Source of the DNA: Pseudovirgaria hyperparasitica
Lineage: Eukaryota
Assembly (NCBI GenBank): GCA_010093815.1
Contig: ML996569.1
DNA length: 64,000 nucleotides
Strand: one strand, 5' to 3'
Position numbers and translations under genes: made by a program. This document shows positions 49,905 to 63,765 of this stretch, one piece after another. The notes under the pieces are model-generated. The model saw only the letters and a list, made by a program, of their open reading frames with translations, did no database searches and had not been told where the DNA came from. Position 1 is the stretch's first letter; every line of letters begins with the position of its first letter.

Positions 49905-51531
49905 GTGGAGGAGCTATGAATGACGCGCAGTAGTAAAAGGTGTGTTTCGAGGTAAGGATTCGGATGAATGATGAGGGCCGCAGCGAGTTTTGTAGGCCGC
50001 AGGACAGCCTTGGAGTGTATTAGGTACAGGAGAGGCCTCTCCTCTGAATAGTTGACGTATGCCGGCTGTGGAAGTCGCAAATCGGTGAGAGAGAGCACGC
50101 TGCACACCTTTAACTACGCAGCAGACTCAAAACGGTCAGTCTGAGATTGATAGAGGAAAGAGCGCACATCGCACACTTAAGCTTCACACGAGTCAAGCCT
50201 CATGATGAGGGTGGATACTGGACTACCTATTTCTGGGGTGGACCAGATGCTGTGATTAGCAGTCTATTGCGATCAGCCACCCCCGGTGCCTAAACCCAAC
50301 ACTGCCTCGCGCTGTCGATCAAAGCCTTGCGCGTATAAAAGCATTTCACCGCGGACCGACCCATGATTGCTGCAAGCATCGCTGCGATGGGACGAGAATT
50401 CTGCACTCTTTGTCCCCATGGCATGCGGTCAAAGAGGATGATAACCTTGTGGTGTCATGGCCCACCACTCTCTTGTGTACTCGTGTGTACTCGTGTTGCA
50501 CAGATGTTAGTGATTGCTAGTATATATTCGTTAGTTCCAGGGACCGCGGGCTCTTCCATGCACACTATACGGCACAGCTGACAGCCTTGTAACGGTGACT
50601 TTCGACGGGACTTAGGAGGTAGTATTGTGGGTTTGCGAACAAAGACCCGATGACTGACTGACTGCTGCTCGCTACGACGTCTGTCCATATCCAAAACAGA
50701 CTAATAACGAGCTCATCGGTCTATTTCACTGCTTGCTGAACTGCTCACCTCGTATCTCCGGATTCGACTAATTCGACTATGCGTGAGGTTGTCTCGGCAC
50801 ACAGCCGTTCAGCTGCCATGTCTCACCGGGGCGCGAGGCTTGCTATTGCTGCTGCCGCTCATGCGACCAATAGGCGGAGTAAGAGTGCGCCATGAGAGCA
50901 GCCGACCGCCTCTTGCATCATTCGAAAGACATTGATCTCGTGTCTTGCGGATGTTGTTGCCCATATTCTCCTTGGGTATAGGCTGATGAATATAAAGCAT
51001 TTCCAAAAAGTGCCTAAGGCGTCAAGGCTGAAGCTTGGGGCTGCAAACCTGTGCCAAGCACGCCCTCGTGGCTGAGCAACGTGGCGCGTAGCAAAACAAG
51101 CCAATGAGAACAGCCTGAGCCACAGTTTGTGGCTGTAGTGGCTGGGCACTTGTCATCATCATCGGCCCTTCCAGCTTCCGCCCGCGTGTTCACACTTGAC
51201 TTGACCGATCCGTTCGCTGTCTCTCTCCCTCTCCGCAGAACACAACCACAACTACAACCAGCCAGCACCACCATCACGCCACTACCTCTTCCTTGGCCGA
51301 GTTGGTTTCTTGTTGCCTACAAAACCACTCTGACTGTCCTGAAATATCCTCTTTCCCCGTACAACGCTATCGCCCAAGGTAACTGATTGCGATCGCTCAA
51401 ACGCGCCCTTCACCTCTTCACCTCGCGCTCACAGTCTCACACTCCCACTCCCACCACTCCTCTCACCGCCGTGCGAGTGGAGGTTACCTCATCTGTCGAA
51501 CATACCTGTCGCTCACTTTCACAAACGCACC

Positions 51532-52162
51532 ATGACCGCTACGTGGAACAGCACAAAGACTGGCTCTTCGTCCAGCAGCGAAAAGTACAATCTGGACCCT
51601 AATGACAAGAGCGGTATCTTAGTGTACAAGTATCGTGCCGGCTTGCCAGAGCCTGAGATAACTACACAGGCGAAACTATGCGAGGAACTGGACAAAGGTA
51701 TGTTCTGCAGACTCCCTCATGCACAACCTTGATACACACCAGCCTTACATCCCTTTCGCAGCATCCTACAACTTGTCCACCCTATCCTTCGGCTCGAAGG
51801 ACTCCTCAAGCACCTCCAAGTCTGACGCGCTCTCCATTCTAGCCCCGCAGTGCCGTGTATCTCGCAAGAGCATACCTCGCGGCGACTCGCGCGTCGATAT
51901 ACGCATGGAAGATCTCTGGACGGAGGAAGAGCGTGCTCTCTACTGCGACAAGCCCACAGCAAAGAACTCTGTTGCGTCTGTCGGTCTTCCTCGCATCGCG
52001 TACTACAAAAGACTACTCCTCAACTCCTACCCTGAACTCTACATTGTGTCGCCGGCATCATCGCCAAACAGCAGCGCCAACACCTCGCCGGAAAGCAGTC
52101 AGCACGTCAGCCCGCAGAGCACATTCCCAAAGGAGCCTAGGGAAAGTCCGGCAGATCAGTGA
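51532..52162 (+). CDS. Ser-rich hypothetical protein, about 3 exons
   Basis: ATG in CACCATG context; GT-AG introns near 51613 and 51697; continuous spliced frame through RIAYYKRLLLNSYPELYIV. Confidence 0.6.
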
Positions 52163-53478
52163 TGAAGATAATGGATCGTGGATCGTGGGGCGTGGATCAA
52201 CTAATACGTCTGCGAGGAGGCCGCCTTCTTCTGCGCTAGCGGCTGTGCAGCTGATGACTCCTCACCAACACCGAGTCACTGAGCGCTCAGCAATCCTATG
52301 ACTATACGCTTGCTCCTACTACTGTTCGCCGTCCTTGACGCACACCGTCTCCCTAGTCCCCTTTGCCCTGCCTGACACCCTCACGTCGGCAACACGACGG
52401 TCACTCATTCTTTCCCTTTCTTGTGTATTGTTTTGTCAGTAATTCAGCGGGTGGCGTTGTGAACAGGCGTTTTCCCCGGTGGCGGCCTCCTTGGAAAATA
52501 CCCGGACAATGTCACTACTGTTCGTTTGTTTTGGGAGGGGCTTTTTCACAACAGAAACACACACAGCCACAACAACAACGACGGATAACAACGAATAACA
52601 GCAACAACACAACACGTCAGTATGTGTTGCGGTGATGCCGAAGGAGGTTTCTTTTTTTTGGTTTTGTTTTTGTTAATTTTTGGGAGATATCATGTACCCC
52701 CAAAGCAATGTCTCTGCAGTAGACGAGTTGCGGGGAATGTTAGCGATATTATTAGCAGCCCTCCCGTTTGGAGTGTATCTTTGCTGAGTTTGAAGAAAAG
52801 AAAATCATGGTGGCGGTGTTGTGGCGAAGATGCCATACCTAAGTCTCTTTTAACAACAGGCTGTCTGTCTCACAACTCGAAACTGCTAATGGTAAGTACC
52901 TTTTGACGTCCCGTGTTAGTCAATACGTGAAACCATGTAATTAATGCTCTCACGACACCGATACGATCAAACAACGATAGTTCCTCGCTAGATATCACAC
53001 ATATCTTTACCTACGAATGGGTAGAATCCAACGAAGCTATAATTATTATTGGAAAATAAACCGGTATATCATGGTCGTGCCTCTGTTATTTTGCAGTCTG
53101 TGCGAGAACATACAAACAGCCATGCACACATACTACTACGTAAATGCTAGACGAATATTACCCGGGAATTCGTGACAATGCATTAAACTTCTGATGCATG
53201 CTTCTTGCTCTTGCTCTCGCTGATCTGAATATTGTGTTTCCCCGCTTTTGCAAAACAAGATAGATCGACGCCACGCCAACGTGAGGGGATATCTCAAAAA
53301 AGATAAAAATAAAACAAATCACAGACTCATAAACACGCACACGTACGCGCGCGCTCCAGGACACTCAATGGCCCCAATCTAAACGCCAATTACTCAATCG
53401 CCAAAAAAAGAACGCCCAATTCGCACATCTACGTACGCAAAAACACACATACTCTCTCTCTCTCTCTCCCTCAATCCC

Positions 53479-55411
53479 TCACCGCACGCCATACTCCGGC
53501 TTCCGAGCCATATTGACAGGCGGCGGACCATCGGTATCGGGATACGGCAAGGCAGCACCAGCACCAAGACCAGGAGGCACGAGCGGCACAGGACTGCCCG
53601 GATTGCGAATCGGGCTCTTAGGCGGCAACGGCGGTGGGGTACGCGGGACATCTGCGCTTCTGCGGGGGCTGGGATTGTAGCTCCGTTCGGAGCCGGAGGG
53701 GAACTGGTCGTGGGAGCGGCGGTAGGGGTTCATTTGCGGGTAGTCTGCGCTGGGGCGAGACGGCGGGTGGTGGGAGACGTAGAGGGGTTGTGGGTATGAG
53801 GAGTCGTCGTGGGCGTCGTCAGCGGAAGAGATGGCGATTTTGTCGTCTGGGTAGGAGGGGTAGGAGAAGGTGCTTGCGTTGGAAGGGGTGAGGTAGTCGG
53901 AGGGGTTGTATGGGATGTCGTCGGCTGGGAGCTCCACAGCCATTGGGTTTGAGGGAGAGGTGTATTGTGCGTTGGACGAGGACATTTGCATACGCATGGA
54001 TGGGTCGCCGCCAGCTCGGAGTTGGCGCTCCCAGCGCAGCTTTGCGCGGTGGATGCGCGCGATCTTGCCAGCTGCGTCGAGGTTGATGTTCTGGACTTCG
54101 CTGCGGGCCAGGTACATGCGAGTATTCGTGCTGATTTCGGCGAGACGGTTCCATTCGTTCATGCCAAATTCACCGACGCCCACCTCGACGTTGAGACGAT
54201 AGTAGTTCTCAGGATTGACGTTGCGCTTCGAGATGTGCTCTTTCAGCATGTACTGGTGAGTTTCCTCGCAGCCTTCGATTTTGGCAATCAGACGGCGACG
54301 GGCCTCTGCAAAGTCACCCATACCACTCGACACAAACCCTTCCCACCACAGGTGTTGTTGCTGGTTTGTGCCTTTCGGTCGTTTGCCTGTGCCGATACTT
54401 ATGAATACGCCGACTTCGCGGCCAGGCCACTCGTTTTGGACGGCCTCGTCAAGAATTTGAGGAGCCGGGTTGTACTTTCCTGCCCCCTCGTCGATGAAAA
54501 CATGTTGGCCAACTTGTATGGGCTTGAAGGCCAGACCAGTAGCTGCAGTAGCTCTTCCAGCTTGCCAGATTGTGCAGTTAAATTCCGGCGCCGGTTCTTT
54601 CCGGGAGTCGTAGGACCGCAGCATTGTGGAAGATCCGCTTTTCGGAGTGCCCTTGTAGACCGCTGTGACTGCACTGGGACAAGGTCAGCATACTGAGACA
54701 AGCATTTATTCACGAGTTGACGTACGTCTTGGTCCTGTTTTCCCTCGAATCGTATAATAGTGCGTTTGGATTGCCAAAACGCATGGACCCATACGGGCCT
54801 CGCGGGTTGACAGGCGTTGATCCAATCTGGCTGTAGCGGCTTGAGCTGCTGGGACTCCTGTGCGGCGCTATGGAGGTTCCAGGAGTCAATGGAGACTTGA
54901 GGTCCATGGACGACTCCGCAGCATGTGAATCATTTCCCTCATGTTCCGATATGGTATGCTCACGCACGCAGTCCCTTATAGCGTCTTCTAGCTTCGAGGC
55001 TTTGAACAGTGTGCTTCTATACGGTATGCCTGCAAATGTCTTGTCTGTCTCGAACACTCTCTTCGTCATGCGTACGTATACATCTTTTGACGTCTCGATA
55101 TCAAGCCGTAAGCGTCCCAGCATAATGGCGATCAAGCCGCCAGTACCGGTACCAGCGATGAGGTCGAAGTGGTCGCATGGCTTAGGAGTCTCGTGTCGCT
55201 TCGGTGCTCTGCCTTCAATCTCGACGAAGGTGCGGTGCATGAGTTCTTGTAAGAGGATAAGCATGGAGTAGCCTCTGACTCCTCCTCCATCTGTCGATCG
55301 TAGTTAGTCTTGTTCCACAAGAAAAGCCATGGAAGCTGGCGTACCAAGGGAGAGGATACGCAAGGGAGGACCCTTTGTGGTGTCCTTCCGTCTGAGTCCC
55401 TGACTATCCAT
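53479..55411 (-). CDS. Patatin-like protein with altered catalytic motifs and a Pro-rich C-terminus, 3 exons
   Basis: LRILSL-intron-DGGGVRG; GTGTG in place of GxSxG; IDEG in place of DGG/DGA; tail contains PPPLPPKSP. Confidence 0.92.
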
Positions 55412-56795
55412 GGTGAAGTGTAGAGGAGAGGCGATGGGGGCTAGTGTGGTTGTGGGGTATATATGTTGGTGAGGCTAAGTGGCCTTGCTTGGCTGGCGAG
55501 TTCACCTGCTCTTACAGGAAACGTGCGAAAGGCCCGAGGAGCAGTATGGGACGTCCGACTATGTGATATGCCGCTGATCAAACAATCTGTGGGCTCGAGG
55601 CAGGCGCTTAGGTAGCAGTTCCGAGTGTGTGTATATGCAGGCAGACTGGCGATGTGCGCCGTTTGACAAGAGTAGTAGGGCGGAGCAGACTGTGGCAGTG
55701 TAGCGGTAGGTAGGTGGGTAGGTGTAGGTATGGATGTCGTTGTCGCGCTGTGAAGGGATGAATGCTTCGTGAGAGAGAGAAGGAAGATGGTGAATGAATG
55801 TAGGAGAGACAGACGGCCTGCCACGAGACTGACGAACTTTTTTCTTGGTGAGCGGCGGCAAGTTGCGGATTGAGGCTCGAGATGGCGGAGTGAGTGACCA
55901 GTTTCTGGTTCCAGTTACAGTTCCAGTGACCTCTCCACTGTGGAATGGATCGTGCTGGGTGCTGCGGGCCCAACGTACTCTGATTGGCGCTGGCCGTGAT
56001 GACGTATGCGTATGCTTGGGCCCCCGAAATCGCCCAGTCCGACGCTTGAGGGGCTGCCCAGCGTGACTTTGCAGGGTTATGCCGGCCTCTACTGGGTTGT
56101 GTGGCCGTTTCGTGGCCGTTCTGTGGCTGCTGTGTGGCGCGCTAGATGCTATTCGATCGTGGCTGTGCATCTCCTCGTCTGCACCCTGTCAGCCAATCAG
56201 ACCGTCTGGAGTCGCCTCCTTTAACACCTTCAGCTTGCTCGTCTTTTCTTCTTCGTCGTCCTATATGAAGAGAGAATAACAAATACCCCAGATCATCAGA
56301 CGCCGTTTGATGGATCAACGTTCATCATGCAACGGCTGTGGCGTTCCCGCATCACCGCTCCTCTGGTACCTGTACCTGAGAATCCTGCTGACCACTCTTC
56401 TCCGCTCTACTGACTCAACACTTGACTGTTGTCTCCGGCATTCAACACTCAACACCCAACCTCAACCTCTACCCTCAATTGAGCTGACAGTCATTGATGA
56501 CACGTGATGGACGCTGAATGAAGAATATGATGATTTCACATGTGCATGCTGATTGATGAATAACACAGATTATCGCAGTGCCCTGACGGCAGCATGGATA
56601 TCTCCTTACCCTTCACATGTGTCATGCCCTAGAATAGCTCGACTTCGGCTTTTGTGCCATGCCGTCGGCCGACACCTTGGTCGTGTCTGACTCACTGATC
56701 CTTCCCTGTATCTAATGTACTTCTATAACACCGATATTTGTTCTTTCTTCTACATCCATGCATTATCGGCTGTGAATTGCCAAGCTTCAATCAAC

Positions 56796-57970
56796 ATGAA
56801 GGTCAAGCAGGTGAGTTGCGGATGCATGGATTGGTGGGTCTCTGAATTCGCCGCTAATTAACGTGCGAGTATGAACGCAGATTCTAGCCTATCCCATCAA
56901 ATCCCTACGCGGCGTATCACTGCCAGACGCTGTCGTCACCAAATATGGCCTATCCTGGGATCGCCGCTTCATGCTCGTCAAGATCGACGAGAATGCTCCG
57001 ACACCAGCAGACTGGAAGGTCCAAAACATGGCCGTCTCCATCTTTTCTGCCATGTGCTTGTTCACTGTTGAGCTCAAAGTACCCAACAACGAGGATGAGC
57101 AGTCCGCGTACATTATAGTCACCTTTGACGCCGCTCGAAGCGAGAAGCCAAGAACTCTCAAGATACCCATGTTTCCAAACACTGCTGATCTCGACACAAA
57201 ACCTGTCAACCTGCACGGGGCCAAGACCACAGGCTTCGTTATGGGTCAGAAGTACCGCGATTGGTTCTCGGACTGCTTTGGCTTTGATACTGCCCTGATC
57301 TATGTTGGTGACAACAGCAGACATGCGCTTTGCTCCAATCCGGCCAGGAATTCCTCCACCTGGCTGTCATCCTTTACTAGAAACCTCCCAGCCTTCATTG
57401 TAGGTGAGGATCAGATTAGATTCCAAGACTGTGTGCCATATCTCGTAGTTTCCGATACATCGTGCAATGAGATGTCCGACCGTCTACCCGAGGGCGTCGA
57501 GATGGACATCACCAAGCTAAGACCAAACATTGTAATTGAAGGTGCTGAGGAGCCGTGGGAAGAGGACTACTGGGCTGAACTGGCTGTTGGCAACGTCAAG
57601 ATCATTACTGCGCACAACTGCGGACGGTGCCAAAGCATAAGTCGGACACGTCGCTCTCTGCTTGTACGCACTGCTGACTGGAATAGATGTCAACTATGAG
57701 GATGGCCGATTCAGGACCGGCCCGGCTGGAGCAGCCTTGAAGACGCTCATGAGGGACCGACGTATAGACAAGGGCCATGGATATGCACCCGTCTTCGGGC
57801 GATATAGCTATCTCGACAACAGAGATGACGGAAAGATGATCAGGGTTGGTGACGACGTCAAGGTTCTCAAGACTAACATTACCAACACTACTTTTGGTAT
57901 GCCCTAGTATTCATCCCGGTGCTACAAACGTTGACGCTTCTTCCTAGACTTTACAGGTAGTTTCGCTTGA
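56796..57970 (+). CDS. MOSC-domain (mARC-like molybdenum cofactor) protein, 4 exons
   Basis: MKVKQ-intron-ILAYPIKSLRG; DRRFML; FQDCVPYL; KLRPNIVIEGAEEPWEEDYW; NCGRCQS. Confidence 0.92.
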
Positions 57971-58666
57971 GCACCTGTCTCCTGCAGATGGCGTTTAGGA
58001 GTCTTTGTTGCTTGACAGAAACATCTCATCTGTGTGCATCTCGGCGTTGGAGTTTGCCATATTTTACAAAAGTTTACAGAACAGTTCATTCCTCAGTATA
58101 GCTCAACCTCATTCAATCTTGCCGCGCTGCTTCTTCAACATGCACAATGACATGAAGTGCAAGGCGCACGACAAAGCCAACTCGTCACGACAATGCTATC
58201 CTTGTGATGCATCCAACCTATAACCATGGTCGGCACATGTTACTCCAGACGTCCCATACCAGGTCGCGGGACTCCACAGTCGTCTTCAATGTGATACTTA
58301 TCAGATGATAGATGGATATTGCCGTTTATCAAAAGCACTACCATAATATCATTGCTTTGTCCCTAGGACCAAGAAGATTTCTATGCAATTCTAGTACCGT
58401 GGTACGTGAGCTCTTTGTCCAGTGAAGGAAGTGACGTTATACAGGATGAATACCACAACAGTGCTACAGCTACCCCGCCAGCTCTCTCTACAGCTCTAGC
58501 TCTATTGCGCTCTAAAAGCTCATACATTCTCCACTTCAATCACCAAGTCTTCATATCCAACACCGATTCTGAGTCCACAACCTACTTTCATTGCACCAAC
58601 ATCCCAATTCCCATCCTCACCACTCACTCGCCCACATCCCCAAACACCATCCCCACCTCATCAACC

Positions 58667-59380
58667 ATGTCATCCTTCGTCCCGCACGAACTCCGCGAGC
58701 AAGTCACAGCAATATCAAAGCTCCTCAAAGACAAAGGCGAGACAATCTCCGTCGCCGAAACCGTGCGTCAACACCTCCATCCCGCCTCCCTCATCCCTTA
58801 ATCTCCAAACTAACACCCACCACCAAAGGCCGCCGGCGGCCTCATATCCGCCTCCCTCCTCTCCATCCCCGGCGCAAGCAAATTCTACAAAGGCGGTGTC
58901 ACAGCACGTGTTCCCTCTCTATATCCACCCCCTTCAATCTAACACCACCAGCTCTACACCCTCCCTTCCCGCATCGCATACGCCGGCTGGACGGAATCCG
59001 ATATCAAGACCTACAACGGGCCCACGCCTGCCCTCGTTGCCGGTCTGGCAGAGCACACGCGTGTGAAGCTCGGGAGCACGGTTTGTGTGGCTGAGAGTGG
59101 GACTGCGGGGCCGGAGGGGAGTGGGAGGGGGTCGAACAGGCAGCCGTGAGTTTTGACCTTTGTTTGTTTGTGTGTGGAGGGGGTGATGCTGATGATGTGG
59201 GTGGGTAGGGGATATGTGGCGGTTGCGGTTGCGGTGGTGGATGGTGAGACTGTGAGTAGGGAGGTGTGTACTGGGGTGGTGGATCGGGAGGGGAATATGG
59301 TGAGGTTTGCGGTCGAGGCGTTGGGGTTGGTGAGGGAGGTGCTTGAGGGGAGGAGTGGTGGTGGTGATGGGAGGCTCTGA
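58667..59380 (+). CDS. CinA C-terminal (PncC-like) domain protein, 4 exons
   Basis: TISVAET-intron-AAGGLISASLLSIPGASKFYKGGVT; ESGTAGP; GYVAVAV; DREGNMVRFAVEAL. Confidence 0.88.
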
Positions 59381-60039
59381 GGGGCTACTGGTGTGGACGT
59401 GGGCGTAAAGGTTATGGTGGATGTGGATGTATCCAGTCGAGTAGAGGTATAATTTTGTATCAGAACTCTTCGGTTTACTGTGTATATATACCAATACCAC
59501 ATGCTACGCAAGACCAGATGGTCGCTGGTGTTCTTAGGCATGGCGATGTCACGTATTTCTGATGAAACTTTAGTATGTTCAATGACTCTCACCTGCGTCT
59601 CGCATTATACCCACATAATCCACCTAAGAACACATGTCTCGATGAGTACGTCGTACTAGACGTATAACACATTCCCCCCTTACTATAGTGTAATATGGCT
59701 ACGTATATCAAGATATACAACGTATCCTTCAATAGCCCTACCATCCAACAGCCCTCTTCTTATACTCGTCCTATACGTAAGTATACCCATCGGTTCATAT
59801 GAATCTAAACTAGAAATCAACATCTAGTTGGTTACTTACATACTCAACTCTCAGTCCTACTCGTCCAATGCCTCTGTAACTTCTACACTTGGTCTGACAT
59901 AGGTTATATCCTAAGTATATTGCTTGTGTGTATAGATGGATGTGTTGGATGGTAGGCGATAGGGTGGTGGAGCATATGCTAGCTTGGATATGCTGGGCTT
60001 GGTTTGCGTTGGTTGTTGGATATGATTCAGTCTGGTACG

Positions 60040-60142
60040 TTTATTAGGTCTGTTAGGTTTATTTGGTCTATTAGGTCTACTAGGTCTATTAGGTCTATTA
60101 GGTCTATTAGGCTTATTGGGTCTATTGGGTCTATTAGGTCTA
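60040..60142 (+). repeat. Degenerate 9-bp minisatellite (ATTAGGTCT)n within a RIP-like AT-rich tract
   Basis: About 11 units; variants such as GTTAGG and ATTGGG differ mainly by transitions. Confidence 0.8.
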
Positions 60143-60434
60143 CTACTTCTATCCGTAGCTCTCTTCCAAGGTCTCTTTTCAAGACTAGAATACTATATGC
60201 ATATCTATTTAACCTAGAAGAGTGGGTATAATATCTTTAGTCTAGCAAAACATTTAGCCTAGAAACAGATGATATAATTGAGGTTTTAGGTAACTAATGA
60301 ATAGATTTTATATAGAGTAAAAGAGAGAAGCAGGAAGCTTAAGCAGTTAGATAGAGCGTAGCACAACACATAATTAGCCATCTAATCCACCCACCCACAT
60401 CCTCCCTACCAACCCTCCACACACATTCCACACA

Positions 60435-60965
60435 TCAATCCCAATACCCCACTCTCATAACATCTCTCGACGTACTACTCATCTCTTTTCCCCCCTCCTC
60501 CCGTTTCTCACCATCCCCCCCAACCCCAAAACTAACACCCACCCGCCCAATCAAAAACCCAACCTTCTCCCTCCCCGTATCCAGAAACACCTCCTCATCC
60601 CTCCTCATCTCCGCCTGCACCTCCTCCCGCATGAACACGTCCATAAACCGCCTGAACGCACCCTCGTCCCGCCATTGCATCACCGTGTATGCGTCTGGAT
60701 CGCTGGGATCACCTGTGCCGCGGAGGATTATGGGGGGGTATGCTTGTTCTGGGGATCCTGGCGGTGGGGATCCTGGCGGTGGGGAGGATTGGTTTGATGG
60801 GGAGGAGGGTTCACGGCGCGCGACGTAGTGGCGGGTGTGCGTGAGGGGGAATGTATCGCCCACTAGGCGTTGGAGGAGCGGGATGTGGACTGTGTCGTAG
60901 TGGGTTTGGAAGAAGGTGGGGGTTGTGCCGGGTTTGCGCCAGATTAGGGCCATGGCGGTGTACAT
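60435..60965 (-). CDS. EthD-family (dimeric alpha-beta barrel) protein
   Basis: IWRKPGTTPTFFQTHYDTVHIPL..FPLTHTRHYV; D.DAYTVM.W; DEEVFLD. Confidence 0.85.
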   Translation of the reverse strand: MYTAMALIWRKPGTTPTFFQTHYDTVHIPLLQRLVGDTFPLTHTRHYVARREPSSPSNQSSPPPGSPPPGSPEQAYPPIILRGTGDPSDPDAYTVMQWRDEGAFRRFMDVFMREEVQAEMRRDEEVFLDTGREKVGFLIGRVGVSFGVGGDGEKREEGGKEMSSTSRDVMRVGYWD

Positions 60966-61929
60966 TTTGTGATTTTTTTTTCTTTTTTTTTGGAGGGTTT
61001 CAGGTTAAGGTGGGAGGTGGTGGGGTGGTGAGATTTGTGTTCAAGGTATAAGTAGTAAATTAAGGGTATGGCAGACGGTTGGAGGGGTGGATTGAGGGTT
61101 TATAGTGTCTGTATTTGAGGGTGAGGAGGATTGAGTGTGTGGTTTGGAGATGTGGGGTTGACTGTTGGGATACGGTGTATATGTAGTGTGTATGGGACGG
61201 GGCTAGCTGATGTGAGTTTATCTGCGTCACGTTACGGAAGGTGGGGATCCTTGCTCTTCTGGCCTTGTTGTGGGACTGCTAGTCTGGGAAGTGGATGGGA
61301 GTGGTAGTGAGCTGGCTATCATTTGCAAAACTATGGATATAGGCTTCCGAAAGTCATTCTGCTCGGTCGTCTAAGTCATATAAGCTATTTCCTGCTCTGT
61401 TCTTGCTTAGTTTCGGGTGCGTCTAGTCATGTGTAATTCGTGCTCTAGTCTCTCGCGTTTCTGCTTGTATCTGTTAACCTTCCTTTTTATCGAGGCCGCT
61501 GTTCTATACATAGGTAATATGAACACTATCGTTTGTCGCTCGGAATTCCTCAGGTCAATGATCGTCGACCAGAGTCATACATACGTCTGGACCCAGATCT
61601 TGGTATAGAGAGTACCTTTTGACTCAGATGACTGACAGCCTGTGAACAAGAGCCCTCTGCATAGGTCGTGAAACACAATGCATCTGAAATATACGCATTG
61701 TCCGGTCCATGGACTGGAGCAATACAGCTCTCCGCTGCCTGTTAGTCTTGATCATAGAAACATGGTAAATCTCCTTGCCCTGGAATACATTGCATTAGTG
61801 GACCTGAATTGTCAATAATGAGGTTAAATCCTGCTACGGAGACTTGCCCATATATTTCATTCAGGGACTGACGGTGATCTGTTAGGCTTCGTTAGATTTT
61901 ATGTGTATATTCTATCAATGCCGCATCCA

Positions 61930-63765
61930 TCAAGCTCCAACGTCTAAACTCCGACAGAGTCTACCATCATTTGCCTCTGTCCATACCTCACTGCCAACAG
62001 CTGTCCGAGCATAAAATAGGCCAGTGGGATCATACTTCTGCTTTACTTGAAGCAACTGCCCATAGTTTTCGCCGTAGAAGACGCTCTGCCACTCTGGCTC
62101 GAAAGGATCTCCCTCGTTGCCGTAAGCATACTTACTGTCAGGCATAAGAAGATCTATCTCAGGTATAATATCATTCGTCATCAGTGCGAGGTTTTGAGTA
62201 TTAAGGACTCTGTTTGTTCGGTCGTGGAAGCTTTTCTTGCTGTTAGTAATTGCAACGATTTGTTGTTCATCTCGAGTCGACTTACGTTCCAACGACCAGA
62301 CTCACGTACGATTCTCTCCACGCTTGATTCACGGCATTTGGTGATTTTGAGGGCTTTGATACGTTGAACGACACGCCTGAGAAGACTATCCCGTATCTCT
62401 GAAGTGATTGCATAGTTTCCGCGATGCCGCTCGGATTATCCCTCAAGACCCTGCGAGGTATCAGTCGACTTCCAATGTCGAAAGATGAGGTCTCGGTGAG
62501 TGGATTCATGGCCTCATACATGTCCAAGAATGTAGGGAATTCTCGAGACAGGTATGCTGAAAATGATGAGCATCTGCTATACAAGACCATGGCACAGGCC
62601 ACTTACTATAGTTGATTCCAACACCACTCAAGTCTTGCAGAAGCGTACTATGCAAAGCATCCATCCCGGCTTTGCCCATCCCATGCCCAACTGCAGGGGA
62701 AACGATAAAGGTCGAATTCGTGCTTAGCCAGTTGCACGAAATGCCAGCATCGAGAAGTGTCGGAAGGTGCTCAAGATAGATTTCCACCCCCTTGTAGAAT
62801 GTTGCCTCATCGACGCCTACCATGCTCCAGGTCAGATTTGAGGCCGATGTTATGTCGTCCGGATGCACCTGGAGCGTCAATGACCAGACCGCGCCGTACG
62901 ATGCAGCCCCTCCCCCTGACAGTGCCCAATAAAGATCTGCATTCTCTGCCGGCGAAGCAACGATGAAGTCACCAGATGCAGTGACAACCTCCCATTCCAG
63001 AGCCTGGTCGGCGCCTAGCCCAAATTTGGACGCAAGTAGTCCATGGCCGGTCCCTTGGACATAACCTCCAGCAAGACCAACGCTAGGACATGTCCCTCCG
63101 ACAGTCACTAGCCCTTCGTCGTGCGTAACACGAAACGCGTCCATGAGCTGGACACCTGCGCCGACTTTAAGTGCTTTCCCCGTGTAGTAATCAGACTCGT
63201 AGTCGAGAATCTCGGTATACTTGAGATGGTGCGTCCAGAGACCCAATGCACCGGCACCCGTCGACTTTCCAAGCCAATCATGACCCGTGTTTCGAATCAC
63301 AAGCCGGACATTATGTCTGTTTGCAAACCGAATTGCCGCTTTATAGTCGAACATTTCACGAGCATCAATCGCATACTGGATGTACGTTCCAAGGATACAT
63401 GACTGTTCTCGCGGCGTAAATGGATCGCAGCTTTGATTGGCAAAGGTCGGTGCCATGATCGACGAACTTGAGTTGATGTGCGTCTCTGGGAGTGTCCAGG
63501 CTTCCTGGATGGCCTGGCAGGCATCTTCATCGTAGGGACCAAACTCGCTGTCGTGGCAGGGGCTGGCCAGGGGTACTGTGGATATGAGACGACCGTTTAC
63601 TGTGGTGTTGAGTTCGTGCCATTTATCTGATGTTGGCCAGCACGCATCACCGGGGAAACATCGACAGGTGTTCGTGGGTGCACTGTATGTGCCAGGCACT
63701 GAAGATGCTAAGTAAATGAATAACACAAAGTGTAGAGCCTCGGATATGAGCCCTAGAAAGTACAT
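61930..63765 (-). CDS. Secreted FAD-linked oxidoreductase (berberine-bridge-enzyme-like), 3 exons
   Basis: Signal peptide; CRCFPGDACWP; RNTGHDWLGKS; GGTCPSVGLAGGY; DLYWALSGGG; BBE tail AYGNEGD..FYGENYGQLLQVKQKYDP. Confidence 0.93.

Noticed and set aside
53965..54696. 243-aa plus-strand ORF
   Set aside because: Antisense shadow of the second patatin gene.
60004..60231. ORF with (IRS)n repeats
   Set aside because: Translation of the degenerate 9-bp minisatellite.
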